NCBI GenBank assembly: GCA_000320545.1
Contig: ADNK01002595.1
Span: forward strand, 62,001 to 126,000
Direction: 5' to 3'
Length of the DNA stretch: 64,000 bases
From: Bigelowiella natans CCMP2755
Lineage: Eukaryota; Protista; Cercozoa
Below, in pieces: positions 28,309 to 43,861 of the stretch (the first letter of the stretch is position 1; each line of letters begins with the position of its first letter). Below the pieces are notes generated by a model. It was not told the DNA's origin. It saw nothing but the letters and a program-made list of their open reading frames with translations, and did not search any database. Made by a program: the position numbers and the translations under genes.

Positions 28309-29759
28309 GACACACACACACACACACACACACAGTCACACTCACACTACACATCCTTAATTCAAAGATATATATCGCACGTCCTGATGAGCGCTGCGTG
28401 TTGCGACGTTGGACAAGTGTTCCAGTGGATTTCGGAGATGGCCTCGGTGTCCAAGATCCTGCAGTATTGGGAAGAGTTTAAATGCCTCGTGTACGATGCG
28501 ATGATGCATAGCAAAGAGCAGAAAGACATCAAAGAGCATGGAAATAATCAACAAAACAGTAGCACCACCGCCCCCATCAGTATCAGTAAGAAAAGCTCTA
28601 AAGCACCCAAAATCATCATAGACACCAAATCTGCAGAAGGTGACGATGATGGCAAGAACCAAAACGAAGGAAAAGAGAAGAAGGATGACATAACAAGCCC
28701 TACCGAAGCAGAAATAGCAGAAGGAAGGGGAGACAGAACTGAGAAGACTTCTTTGCGACAGGAGCTCTCTGATATCATCACAGGCAATGAGCACTACTTG
28801 TTCCAGCCAGGATATAAGCACAAGGTGCAAGTAGTATTAGTAGTAGTATTAGTAGTAGTAGCAGCAGCAGTAGTAGTGTGATTGGCGGATATGGTAGTAA
28901 GTAAGCAGTGGTACTTAGAGTATAGAGGAGACGTGACAATAGAATAGTCCTAGTTGCAGCAGCATATCATCGTCCGTTATCAATGCACACTCGATAACGA
29001 GCTCTGAGATGAAATAATAATCTATACCGTAGGCCTTCTCATCTAACTTTATAAAGCGGAGGGGATTGAGCCAGGGCGATAAAGTTCAGATCCTTGAAGC
29101 TGTTTACGGAGAGCGCGAAAGTGGGTATCGTTGGCAGGCAGCGACGGTGTTAAGGAAGTGCATTGATGGAGAATCGCACCGTATAACACTGGAACTTCTG
29201 GACGAAAAGAAGCGGAGACATACAGTAATTGAATGTGAAGAAAGAGACATTTGGAATGTAGTCAGAATCCGTCCCAATTCTGTCATTGAAGCGACATACT
29301 ACACCTCAGACTAAAGCAGCGAATTCATCATCATCGTCATCATCGTCATCATCGTCATCATCGTTCAATCGCAAATTGTTCGTACCTTAAGTTAATTGCT
29401 CGTTTTTACGTATTATTCAGGTATCACCATTCGACTGCTTCAAGCTTGAAACAGTCACGGTTACCAAGCAGTCAAAGCTCAACCAATTCTCCGGATATAG
29501 AACGTCAGATACAACCACAGAAGGGAGGGGGAGAGGAGGAAGTGTTCGGAGCTCCGATACCGAGCTTCAGCAGCAGCAGCCGTTTGAGGCTAGTTTTAAA
29601 GAAGATAAGTCGGGGCTTCATGGGTGGATTGCAAACATCGTACGATACCGTAAGCTTCGAGCCTCTTCGGTTATGCTGATGCCTCGATCTACCACCACCT
29701 TGTCACACCAACGGGAAATACGACGAGCAGTGTTGACAGGAGAGGTAATAGTAGTAGTA

Positions 29760-29790
<31 letters not shown>

Positions 29791-31178
29791 CTGCGATCAT
29801 ACTGGTAGTAGTAGTAGTAGGTCACACACTTGAGAGGCAGTTCTTTAATCATCACTGCTACTACCTGTTGATTCAGGATATGCCACGAATTAAGCGCCCA
29901 GGCGAGCATTCTGAGCTGATGCACGAGTTGGAGCTTCATAGATCTTGGATCCAATATGACGAGTTCAGAACAAATAAGGTATTTGGTGGGGTGTGCTCCT
30001 GGGTAGACAAGACAAAGAAACAATTGTACACAAAAGCCATATACATCAACCTAGTCAACAATTCTGATCTCCACGCTCATTCCCCCCCCCCCCCCCCAAC
30101 CACAGGTCGAGTGGCCATGGCCAACGCTCCTACATTTATTTATCGACAATGCCGGATCTCGACAGAATTTACGCGATCCTAGCGAGATTGTGAGGAGGCT
30201 TCTCACATGGGACTCAGGGTGCGATCATGTCTCCACTTCGTTGTTTTATGTGGTGATGAGTTCATTGAAAGAAGATATCCTTTCATCAAATTCGAGGGTT
30301 TTGGCCGGAAGGAAAGTGGTTGCTAGAAGCAAGGCGCGAAGCAAAATTCTCAAGACCGTCGATCGTGAGAGACGTATACCAATGATGCTTGCACTGAAGA
30401 ACCACAATAAGGTGCGAGGAGGAGGAGGAGGAGGAGAGTTACTCTATCCCCCTTGCTCCCTTCCTTAATTAAAAACATTTACCAGTCAGATGATTAAGCA
30501 TATATTCTTCCTAGGTACAAATGGTATCTTAAGAAGTGCTTTGTGCTATTGTTATAGTCTCGACTATCGTGTACCTGGTTCTGATCTTTGTTTTTCTTAG
30601 GTTTTATTCCAGATATTATTCGAGGAATCGCATGAATCGCTCATGCATCACCGAGACAACACCGGGACTTCACTCTTGCACTATTTGGTGCGCTCACCGC
30701 TTTTCTCCGCAGAGGAGATATTCGCACATGATCTCAGTAGACCTCTTGACATAGAGGTACAATTCATATTAAGGCCAGAGCTCGTAAGAATGGCAATTGT
30801 AGTTGCCATCATTACCCCCAATGTTACACTGCGAATATCTATAAATAATGACATGACGCCGTGCGTGTGGATATCATCAACAACAGGTCAAAGAGCCAAA
30901 TGCAGAGCTTAAGATCTGGCTGGAATTGAGTATAAATCGCAACTACGTCATCGTTGATGCATCGTCCGCAGCTAAGAACTCCGGGATAATCCTCGGCTCT
31001 AAGCTGACGTATGTGAATAACCGAACGCCGTCGCTTGCTCCATTGCACGACACAAAACATGCACCGGCAACGATGATGCTACTGCTACCGACGGAGAAGA
31101 AGGAGTACCCAATCAAGATCAGCCTGATTTTACCAGACGGGTTGTTGTTGAGATATGCACATCGTTATTGATATATTA

Positions 31179-31212
<34 letters not shown>

Positions 31213-31329
31213 CGTTTCTTGCCGTAGTCTCTCCTATATGAGTGGGTGCGTATGAGTGCCACTGCAATTTATGATCAACCTTCATCTTCAAAACCATGCC
31301 ATGAATCACCACTTTCATCTCTACTTCTC

Positions 31330-31365
<36 letters not shown>

Positions 31366-34300
31366 GATATCGTTGCAGATTTTACATCCGGTCAATGTGT
31401 GAAAAAGCGGAACCGTACGAGGGCGACGGCTTTAACGAGCAGCTCCGCAACATGGCGCGTGGAGGTCTGCTTACCTACAAAGCAAACAGCAAGCAGATCA
31501 ATGTCCAACCCCCCCTCGAGCAGAAGAGTACCCCAGCTAATCTAGGACTGCTGAGCAGAGTTGACAAGAAGCAGAGAGGCACTCACCCTTTCAAGATCTT
31601 GGACGATAGCACGAATAACAACAGATACAACTTCTCGAGAGCAGACACGTAGGGTGTAGTGGTAGAAGTAGTTCCTGCATTAGTCGCATGTTTTTGCGGT
31701 TTTGCGGTATTAGCAGCAGACGGGCAAGATATTTGAATGATTAGGATAATGATGATATCTGAGCATGATTGAAATTGCAAGTAATGTTTTGGTGTGCATA
31801 TAGATCACACGACAATAATACTCTCCCTACACACATGTTCGTACATCTAATCTATACATTCTCCCCCGCCAATCAGGAAACATACTTCTCCGGTGTCACA
31901 TGTGTCTCCTGTGGGGGGAGGTAACCCCAAACGAAAAATGCGACGTAAGAAGATTATCGATCTATGGAAAGTGAAGTTGCTCGATATGGCCTTTTTCAAG
32001 CGCCTCTCGTACTTTCTCAACAAGCTCCGCAACAATATCGGCCTGACAGCGCTTGAGTACTTTCTCGCCGAATACTCTACCACGGCCAAAAACCGGTTGA
32101 TATCTAGATATGCTAGTGCCCATATAATAACGGATAGTATCTTGTCGGACTACTATATGCTCACACGAACTTGCGATTTGAATGCCACGATGAATTAGTC
32201 CTTCCGATGTCTTGCTGCCCTTACCCCCTCCCATAGGCACTTTCACACATATTTGCTGCACTCGTCCGGTCTCGGTGGGGGGGGGAAGTTGAGTTACGAG
32301 GAGTGGAGGCGAACGCACGTCTGGGAGAAAGTGGCAATGATGATTGAGCGTGGCGCGAATTTGTCGGTTTGGTCACCGGAGATACAGGCTTTGCCTCAAG
32401 AGGCAAAAGTAAAGGCCGCTCATCGTAAAGCTGAGGGTGAGAACAAATACTTTGATGAGAAATCGATGATGTCAAAATGGATTGGTTTATTGATTGGTTG
32501 ATTGATTATTGCGTGTGTCGCTTGTTTGTTACGAGCTTACGTACTTACTTACTTACTTGCAACAGGACACCTCTCCAACATTCTATTCGAGATGCTGCGG
32601 TATGAGATAGGCATGCCTCTCCCCGATCGCGCAGAGATAACAGCGCATATCAAGCGGTAAGAAGAAATATCTCGCATTCAGGAGGAGAAGGAGGAGGAGT
32701 AGGAGGAGTCATCATGAAACAACTTATAGCACAACAGTATGGAACATAATCAAAGATAGGTTGAAATATGAACGTTGTGGTTTGCGAGGGATAAGCACCA
32801 GGACACATTATTTTTCGAACAATAATCTATGTGTAGGTTCGTTCCGCGCTGGCAGAAAAAGCAAGAATTAAAAAAACGTGTAGAGAGGGGCAGCAGCAAT
32901 TCAAGCTCCCCAGCTATCGAAGGACTCTCATCCGGAAAATCCACCGTCGTCACGGTAGTAGGAGATACGTGTACACTTAATAATCACAAAATCTCAGTTT
33001 ATATTACATCTCTTCTCAACCTTCTTCCTCTTCCTCCTCTTCCTAATACAGACAATGCGTATGCGCCAAAGTTCATACGCTCTCAATCAGTTTCGTCCTG
33101 CTCCGAACGTTGTGCGAGAGAGGAACAGCAGCTTCTCCAGCACTGCCAGTGTCAAGAATGGGAGATTTGCAAACAGGAGCAGGTAGTAGTAGTTCTAGTA
33201 GTGGTTCTTGCAGAGCATTAGCAGTAATGCGTGGGGTGGGGTGGGGTAAGTATGGTAGTACACATCAATACTACTCGAGCAGACGTCAGAACCGATGAAT
33301 GTAATGAGAGCTTGCACGATATTATTTTATTTATCTATTTATTCGTTTATAATTCGTGTGCGTATGCTTTGCATGTGGCAGGTCGTTCACTGTGCGCCAC
33401 GAAATACGAGCAAGCGACACGAACATTTCTCCTTTTGGACAAAGGCCATCATCAGCAGCAGCAGGTACCAAGGAAGTGTCGTTTGCCGACAGAGAGGAGA
33501 GCAGCTCTATGACGGGGCTATCTAATAAGCTCACTACAGCATCGTACTCGTGGCGGATGCTATCGAGTGCCATTCGACAGGCAAGTGTGGAACTCGTCCA
33601 AATGCTCACAACTGGTTAAGTCTAAGAAAAATAGAGAAGAACCTATGAGAGTAGTCGTAGTAGTCGTAGTGGTTGTAATAGTTGTTGTATTATCGTGAAT
33701 AAAAGAAGAAGATCTCCTTGTCCCCCTTTCTCATTCTTGGTCAAAGCAGCTTTGAAGTTGGAAATAAAATTTACTTCTAGGGAAATTCGCACAATGGCAG
33801 CTCCCACACCTGGCCAAAAGTGATGTCTCGCTATTGCATTTGGCCTGCGACGACTACTTCTGCATACGACGCTCGGTTTGACAATAATGAGATAACTTCA
33901 GTGGTGGGCATGCCTGTGCGGGTGTGTTTGTGTGTGTGTGTGTGTGCGAACATATTGCCATTACGAATGTGATAACTTGGACATGAAGGTACGATGTTTC
34001 CAAATGCTTCTTTGTTTGCCTTAAAACTGTACTCTGCATGAATTTGTTTTACTGTCTCGTCATCAGGTGGATATTGTGAAGCTCATTCTCGACTACAACT
34101 CGAAGAGAAGGAGGCATCTGGTAGAGGGACTCTTCCATCCTGCCAACGAAAGCCCGCTGCCAGGACAGGCTGGATTTGCACGTACATATCCACTCATCCA
34201 AGAGCTGAAAGGAGACTGTTATTAGTGTAAACGAGAGCAAAGTGTCAATTTTGGGGGAGTAATGTGCGACTTTAGCACTGTTTCAGAAAAGGGAGACAAT

Positions 34301-35808
34301 CAGACATAATTACATACTTATACATACGCACACACACACACACACACACACACGCACGCACGCACAAACACGCACATACTCACATTTTAGGCATGACGTC
34401 TGCACACGGTGCCCCACGCCAGCAGAGTGAAATGGCGCTCAATATCGACATGCAGCATAGCGAAAACGTGAATGTGAGTAATCTTACATCTCACATCAAC
34501 GAAATGGCATATAGTCTGAGAAACCTTAGAGAACACCGATGAAAGAATCATAAAATACTCCCAATTAAAAAAGTTGTCCTCATCATTATGATTCCCGCCG
34601 TGATGATGATGGTGACGATGATGATTATTTATAATTCTTATTAGGTGCCGATGCATTTGTCGGAGTATCACATGCGGCTGATGTTCAGTACAACTGTGCC
34701 TGAATACGTCACCAACCGCACAGCCTTGCACTATGCAGCCTCTTCGCTGCATACTGATTCAGGTAAAAGACGATGGAGGAGGGGGAACGAATTCTCTCGC
34801 TAGTTTTGTATAGCAATGATTTGATTTTAGAATGTTTGCGTGTAATTATATACACTCTTTCGTTTGTACGCATAGGGGTTGGAAACGTCTCCTGTGAGAT
34901 TACAACAATGTTATTACGACGACACGTGAAGATCGGGTAGGTTTTGAATGATGACCGAAGAACACATTTCGCAATGGCGAGAAGATATCGAGTGATGAGG
35001 GCGATCCCACGGATGATATCCAAGATAGTTGTACGACATGCATGTCATGTTAACGATTGATTATGCAGTTTCTACATCATTAAGAAACATACACGTATGT
35101 ATCTCTAAGTTTGAATATCAAATATGTAGGTGTTTCGATGAGTTTCAATTATCAGAGCTACACTACGCTGTTCTAAGTACGTGGCAGCACACACAATTCA
35201 TCATTTCATTATAAAAAGAATTGCACAAATGCCCCTCAATTTTGCTACCATAAATTCTCTCATCAATCATACACACTATGATTCTTCAACGTCGCCATGT
35301 AATCCTCCTCTTCCTCCATCTTCTTTGTCTTTCGGCCTTCTCTTATTTTTACCCACTTCCATCATGTGCGCATCATTCAGGCAAGCATCTGCAAACGATC
35401 GACGAATTGACTAATTACACCGATCTCAACATAGCAACTGGGGCCATTAAGAATGTTAGGCAGGTGTGAATGCATCAGCATGCTATTTGTGTAGCATCAT
35501 CTCCCGATGGATGTCCAAAGTTCCTCCTGCTTTTACTTTTCATTTCTTGCTGTTAACCATAGTAGTGATGATTGACTTTCGCTCTTAATTTTTACCCCTT
35601 CTTTCATCATCATGTTTCTTTGCCAATTTCACTCGTCATTGCTTTGTTCATTTCCCAACTTTTATGACGCATATAGGCTGGAGGGAAAAACACAAAGATT
35701 TGGAGCTCAAGAGTCCTAGAGTCAGATGAAGAACAATAAAATCTACATTCATTTTGTTTATGTATTTATTTTCGACCCAATCTTGTTGAATCAATTTACA
35801 ATTGGATC

Positions 35809-35857
<49 letters not shown>

Positions 35858-35977
35858 GAATTAGGAGTACGATTGATGCTGCGGGGATGATGCTGCTCCC
35901 TTATCCTCCAGAGTGTGTGAAAGTTGTCACAGGCAAGAAAGGTAGTATCGACAGTGATGAGTATTAATACTCTCTAT

Positions 35978-36023
<46 letters not shown>

Positions 36024-36439
36024 TCATGCACCGCATATATCGTCTTCAATAGCGATCATCATGATCATTGTGATGGCAGGTAAGTATATCAAAGTGGAGG
36101 TTCCGATTCACTCGCGTCAGTGCCGTTTTCAACACGGAGGAGAAACTGGTCTGCATTCTCCTGATTCTTTGCGATGTCCACATCATCTTTTCACATCTCC
36201 TTATCATCTTCAAAAATAGTAAGATTCTCATTGGTGAAATCATGATTTAGGGCTACATCTCGCTGCGGTGAATGGCCTTGTAGATGTGGCAGCAATGCTG
36301 CTAAAGAAAGGAGCAAAGAAGGATATTACAGATCGCAGGGGAATCACGCCCTTAGGTGGCCAAAACACTACCAAATAATGTCCCATTGCCTAAAGCATAT
36401 ATTTGTGTGCGTGTGCGACTCGCCATTGTTGTTTATGTT

Positions 36440-36480
<41 letters not shown>

Positions 36481-38419
36481 AACCGTATGATGTTAATCCT
36501 CTGTGCACACACGTTAATATAAATACAGGCTCTGCGATGATGCGGTTCAAAGATATTAAGATGTTTTACGACGTCAATCGGCTCGATAAAAAATATGGTG
36601 ACAAACACAATCACATCGTTTAATGTCTGGGAGAGAACAACGTATTTGGGCTTTTACACAATGTTGCCTTGCTATATTTTGAAAGATCATACATAAATAT
36701 AAATTGTAAGCTTGAAATCACAAGACGAAGCTACTCGTCTATAAAGGAAAATGAATTTTCTGCCAATTGTATCAGCGCAAAAAGAGTCGCTCACAGATAT
36801 CGTCCGCCAATCCCGGTTTCACAAATATACATCATATTAATTTATGCATCTACATTTTCCTACCTAACAAATGTGCATCTGGGTGTCTTTCTTTTGAACG
36901 GGATCTTATTGCTTCTGGTCGCATTGCAAGTGTTCAATTTGAATAGATTGGTGGTTGATGCGTGCACTCACGACGGAAAATCATAATTATTGAATTCATA
37001 ACTCAGGACACCTATTCGGCAAGATATGTACGTCTCTTCTTCCCGTGCTCCTTTCAAAATGCCAGCTACAATGACAAATGGAGAAGCGATTCGTTTACAA
37101 CAACATATATAATTTAGACATAGAATGTGTGCTCTCCTTAGTTGTTAAAATGTTCTGTTCTCCCTTATACCACAGTTTCCGAGCACTTCACGAGCTTAGG
37201 AACGATCTAGATGCAATAATACAGTAAAGCAGCATGATAGGAATTAACTAGTGGGAGAGTGCGATGTTATCCACCCTTAACTTAGAGCATTTGTGAGAAA
37301 ATGGAAAAAGAAGAAAACAATTATTAATTGTTCTTATTTTATACGTGGCATACCGCATAATACCCTGCGACAACAATGATTAATAGGCTACTCATTCGAG
37401 AGGGGGCAGACTTAGAGCTTGCACAGAGGTTCAGTGGCACATCATTTGAGGTTCTTCCTGCTATTCTTTGTCTGAATTAGTAAAGAGAGAGAGAGAGGGA
37501 GGGGGGGGGGAGGGGGAGGGGGGCACGAGAAGAAATAGAAGAATGGTAAATAGAACCACTCAAAAGGATGATCTCACTGCACAAAAGATGATGCTGCTTC
37601 TCTCTCTCCTCCTCCTCCTCCTCCTCCTCTTCCTAAATCTGGTAGGAAATCTATGATATTCCTGGCAAGTTTCAGAGCATTGTAGAGCAAGAGAAGCTGT
37701 TCGCCAAGGAGGCATGCAAGTCAAAGGACGCACGACAGGTGGTGTAACAACCTTACGCAAATAATAGTAACAACAACAATTACACCACACCTTCACACCA
37801 AGGTTCCATTCCAAGTCTTAGTTGTCACCATGAGAAACCTTTCTCCCTTGAATACTTCTTCTAACTACTAGCATATGCTCTACTTTACCCTGCTGCTGCT
37901 GCCACGTGATGATATTGATATCCGTTGATTCTTCTCAGGTGCGGAGTATAGAGGAGAGCGTGAAGAACCTATTCGATAACCGCATGAATCAGATCGTCTG
38001 TGACGCGGTAATAGTAGTAGTAGTAGAAGTAGAAGTAGTAGTATAGCGATGAAACTAGTCTTATTATTCTGCTACGCACTTGCACCACACAACGCTTATT
38101 CCCACTCATATTAACAGTGTTGATGCACAGAATAACCACGTCATCGTCGAGCCCCAGCTGCTTTTCAACCACTCTCGTCGTGATGAAACAAGTAGCAAGC
38201 GTCTGTTAAATACTCATGCAATGGTGATCAGGTGTATCGTATGGAAGTGCGCGGAGCACGTGTCTCGAGCTTTCTCTTCTACGCGGTGTTTCTTTCGCTT
38301 CTCTCACTGCTCGTCGTTCAGCTGGCAACCCAAGACCGAAGAACATCCTTTTGGTTTCATAACGCTATGGTAACTAGTAATAGAATTAGTAGTAGTCGCA
38401 AGAAACATAATACATATAT

Positions 38420-38472
<53 letters not shown>

Positions 38473-38602
38473 ATATTTGATCACCACCTTCAAGACGACG
38501 AGAGAAAGAGCGATAAGACTGCATGATATCGTGAAATCCCTCAAATTAAAGAACAGAGGATATAGTAGCGTGCTCCATGATTCCTATGATGAAACTGACG
38601 AT

Positions 38603-38650
<48 letters not shown>

Positions 38651-38862
38651 GTGCAAACACTTGTGGACGATGAGATTCCGTATGATGTTTCGCGGATAAA
38701 AAGGAACTTTAGGGAGATTGATTCGATCGATGAATTCTGGTATATTCAGATAAAGGAAATCTGACTGCCGCACTTTGTTTTTCTCTTCGCATTCTAGTCT
38801 CCATCCCCTATCATGTTTAAATCATGTTTAAATACGGTATGTAATTGTCTGCGCTTGATATT

Positions 38863-38896
<34 letters not shown>

Positions 38897-39053
38897 TGTG
38901 AGCTCCTCTATTTGGATATCTACAGGATGTGGTTGGAAGGGCCTTTTCTAGACCAATTCTATCCTCAAGTCGAGCCCGTATATGTAGCAGACAACGGCAC
39001 ACAGAACGGACTCAGAGGGTTTGACAGCTTGTACAAAAGGATCCCCACTCTTT

Positions 39054-39090
<37 letters not shown>

Positions 39091-39209
39091 TGTGTGTGTG
39101 TGTGTGTGTGTGTTTTATTTCTTTAACATCTTAGTGAATAATCTTACTGATTGATTGCATCTGATCATCAGATATGTTGGCGGGCAGTCAAGGATCGTTG
39201 GAGTTCCAA

Positions 39210-39253
<44 letters not shown>

Positions 39254-39674
39254 CTCTATGACGTAGGAGGGGGCACTCACAATGCTAATTTGTAGTAGTA
39301 GTAGCAGTAGTAGTAGTAGTAATACCTGTACGCATTCTCACGCACATAGATATCATCACTTCATGTGAATGTTATCAGGATACGGCAGCTGCGATCGATG
39401 CGAGAATCATGTGATTTACCTGATCAGGTCATCATTTTCGTGCTATGGTTATGGCACTACTCATACAGAAAGAAGCAAACTAGATGGATGTGTTCTTCTG
39501 ATTGTCTCCTTATATCCTCAGGTAGCGATGGAGGGTGAGGTTTGCTTCTCAGAGGCAGGCTGCATTATTCCCAAGATACGATGCACAGAAGGTCAAAACG
39601 CTTAAATGGTGTTAGAAGGAAGGAAGGAGGAAAGGAGAGAGAATAACACTTTGATACGATTTCTGACTCTCTTT

Positions 39675-39716
<42 letters not shown>

Positions 39717-40131
39717 CTACCATATATGCTTTCGCACACCCAAAAGCAAACATACACAAATTCCATCTTGAGAGCTTCATCATCTGCTCCTTACCCCCTC
39801 CCCTCCTCCCCAATCGTCGCCACCTCTCCCTCCTCCTTATTCCACAGGCATCGAGCAGGGCACTCAAGTATTTGGCGGTGTTGAATATGCCTATCAAACT
39901 CCCAACGACCTAGATTCTGGCGTGTCTCTTACATGGGGCCAATTCAGTCGCTGGTAGTCTATAGCATTCATACCTTCTTCCTCACACGTTCACGTACTAC
40001 TGACAAATCAACAGGTATCCTGTATCTGGATATGTGCAAAACTTCCCATCCCCATGGTATAACTCGAGCTATTCCAATGCCACTGCCCTTATTGCAGCCC
40101 TCAAAGCATCGGATTGGGTAGTATTAGTTAG

Positions 40132-40197
<66 letters not shown>

Positions 40198-41047
40198 TGT
40201 GAGTACGTTAATTGATTGACACATGACGTTATCATCGCTATATTTTATTGATGATTGTCGCAACCCATAGATTGATCATCTGACACGCGTGGTAAACGTG
40301 GAGTTCAGTCTGATAAATACGCACACGAACGATTACATGTCTGGGATTATGATGGTCGAGTATCCCCTCGTTGGCGGGGCAATCACAAGCTTTGACTTCA
40401 ACGTAAAAATAAGTGCTTCCTCTGTTTTTACTTGTGCTACAAATACGAATGAATGAGATCCGTCTCCCACATACAAAAGAAAGCGGCAGTTAAACATATC
40501 ATCGATGATACTGCAATGGTAACTTTTGGTACTTGCTATCTCTTCTGTTCTTAGGTCGGTAGATTTGTGCACTACCAAAACGGCAATGGCCTTATTGCTC
40601 TAGAAATAGTCGTTTCAATAGGATTCTTCTGGTATTCTTATAGACATTGTATACGCACATTCATCTTTCAAATCCTTTTATGATTGATGTTTCTCTTCTT
40701 CTGTCTTTTGCTGCTATCTTATGTATGTCATCCTCGCAGTTATTTGATCAGCGAGCTGGAAGCTTTCTCCCTTCTAGGTTTCAGACAAACGATGAAATAC
40801 CATGCATGCATGTTGCCAGATGAGGGAGTATTGTCTCACAATGATGGACGATACGAATCTTCCGGCAAATTGCTATGCTAATCAGGAACGTGCAAGTACC
40901 TCTCTACAATGTCGCATCTTTTGATGTTCTTAATGCTGGTTATCTGGATGCTTCTCATCATCATGTACATCTACATCATCAACTACGAGAACAGCGTGGT
41001 AAGTCAGATGCGACGAAGTTGATGACAAGAGAGCGAGCGAGAGAGAG

Positions 41048-41086
<39 letters not shown>

Positions 41087-41627
41087 AGGAAGAAGCACAT
41101 CGATACGATTAGGGAAGTAGTATGAAACACATTCACGTACACATACAGAAGACATAATACTAACAACGTCAATCGACATTTGCTGCTGCTGCTGCTGCTG
41201 CTGCTGCTCCTTCCACTACTACACCACTACTACTACTACTACTACGGTTAATTATAGGATTGGACGGCAAGAGACGAATACGTTCCCATTATCCGCCTTG
41301 CACTCGGTGTGCGTGCGACGACGTATCTCCTTTCATTTCTGATTGCTTTTGCGTGGTGGAACCTCCTCAACTATCTGACGATCATAAAGGTGTAGATTAC
41401 TTGATAATAATGATAAGAGACCGAATGAGAAGAATATCTGACCTCCACAAAAACGGATCATCAAATTGTTTATGTGTGTGTGTGTGTGTGTGTGTTTGTA
41501 GGCGTTTGCAGAGTTGCTGGTCATGATCGAGTTCATGTTACTGGCACTTTATCCTTTGTTATTGCTGCTCCTCTTTGTTTTGTGCTCCTTTGCATTCGCC
41601 ATGTATGTGGCATTCGGGTACTACGTT

Positions 41628-41665
<38 letters not shown>

Positions 41666-41689
41666 AAAGAGGGAGGAGGGAACGAGAGC

Positions 41690-41743
<54 letters not shown>

Positions 41744-42200
41744 AGATCATGACGTTTGTAAGACAATGAAGTCCACAGAAATTAGAAGGGAAAAAAACAC
41801 AGAGGGAGGAAAAATGTCTGATAGAATGATGGTGGGGATACCGTATATCTTCTCTGTCTTTGTTTGTTTCTACTTGATAAGTTACCAAGACATCGACAGT
41901 CAGACCTTTTGGGTCTCTCTCGCAACACGGGTAAGAGATATAGCAGCAGAGAACAAGAGGAATCCAATTATGCTATATGCATGTGAGCATGTATGTACGC
42001 ATAAAATATAAATATTGTTAGTAGCACGCTGCTTTGTGTGTGTGAGAGAGAAATAATAATAATGACATAGTAGAAGCACACACATCTCACCTAGCTAATG
42101 CAGCACCCCAACGATGAAGATGAAGATAAAAATAAATGCAAAGAAACTCTTTGCGAGACTTTTGTGATCTTTCACTCTTCCCCTTCCTCTTTCCTCTCCT

Positions 42201-42273
<73 letters not shown>

Positions 42274-42698
42274 TATGTAACAGGTGGTAGAGACGTTTGG
42301 CGGCGTAGACTACGAGCGAATAGCTGGATATGACCGCGTAATAGGTATCATGCACTACCCAACAATTATAGAGACTCTTACGCCTGAATACGAATGATGT
42401 GTCAATATGAAAATATAAATTCTCCATTAAAACAACCAAAGGAACGTTCTGGTCGGTGGCTTTTGTGATATTCCTCGGTGTTTTGATCTTAAACCTCATA
42501 ATCGCTGTTCTCACTCACCAGTACGAGAGCGCAAGGTCCATCAACATCCTCATCATCACAATACTATTACTGATGATGATGATGCACTGATTTACTGATA
42601 TTGTTACGATTCCTTAGGGAGCAGGTTGGGAAGAGGCACTGGGCGCACTATCAGTATAAATCTATTATGGTACGTTAAGTTAGTTGTTGTCGTAAATA

Positions 42699-42731
<33 letters not shown>

Positions 42732-42911
42732 CACACACACAAACACACATACACACATACACATACACAAACACACAACAAACACACACATAAAGAAATT
42801 ATGTATTTCTACCAAATATTTAAATATTCAGTCACTAATCTTTATTCAACATTCTTCGCCCATCATCATCATCATCATCATCAATATTATCATCATCATC
42901 CCATAATCATC

Positions 42912-42956
<45 letters not shown>

Positions 42957-43810
42957 CCCCCCCCAGTTTCACTGGATAGTAAAAAAGGAAAGGAAGGATT
43001 ATATCAATACCATGCTATCACGCCTTTGCTGCAGGTTGTGCATGAAGTGTGTGAGAACAATAAACCATCGCATCACCGTTGGAACGCAGATCATAATTTA
43101 TGATGTGTGCAGTACTTCGTCCATATTGATTTTTGTCTAAATCGTGTGATATCGATTTCCAGTAAAAAGGGTGATGATGGTAATGGTGGGAATGCTGACA
43201 GACGTAATAACGTCACTGATGAATCTGATGCGGAATTTGGCTGCTTGGCGAGGTCGGATTATCACTACCCAAGCCCCTCTAACTTGTGATGATAGACCAA
43301 CAAGAAGTGCTAAGACAATTCCATATGCATCCTCCTCCTCCTCCTCCTCCTCCTCCTCCTCCTTTTTTCATTAGGTGTAAGAGGGGGTGGAAGTCGTGTA
43401 TATCATGCCTGGAGGAGACGATAAGTGCGCTGATAAATGGGGTAATAAGCGTGGTTGTGTCTGATGAGAGGGGGAGGGGGGAGAAATGACGTTCACAAGA
43501 GGATATATCGGTATGAAAGTATTTCTATCATCGGCAATTTCGTCGTCTTTATTACAATACTTACACTGATATAATGAATATCTTAAATGATACAGTTTTA
43601 AGTGACAGCGGCATTGTGCAAAACCTTCTATTCTCCTATTTTGTTGATGTGGTTGTATCCTTGGTGGCCGACTGATGATCCTGTATGTACAAATTCTGCT
43701 ATTATCATAGGTGCGCAAGATCTTCACTAAATGCCACAATTGCTGGATTATTCCTGCCTCTAAACAGTAAGTATCAAATTTATGGATGATGTTCCATGAG
43801 TATGTGTGTA

Positions 43811-43861
<51 letters not shown>

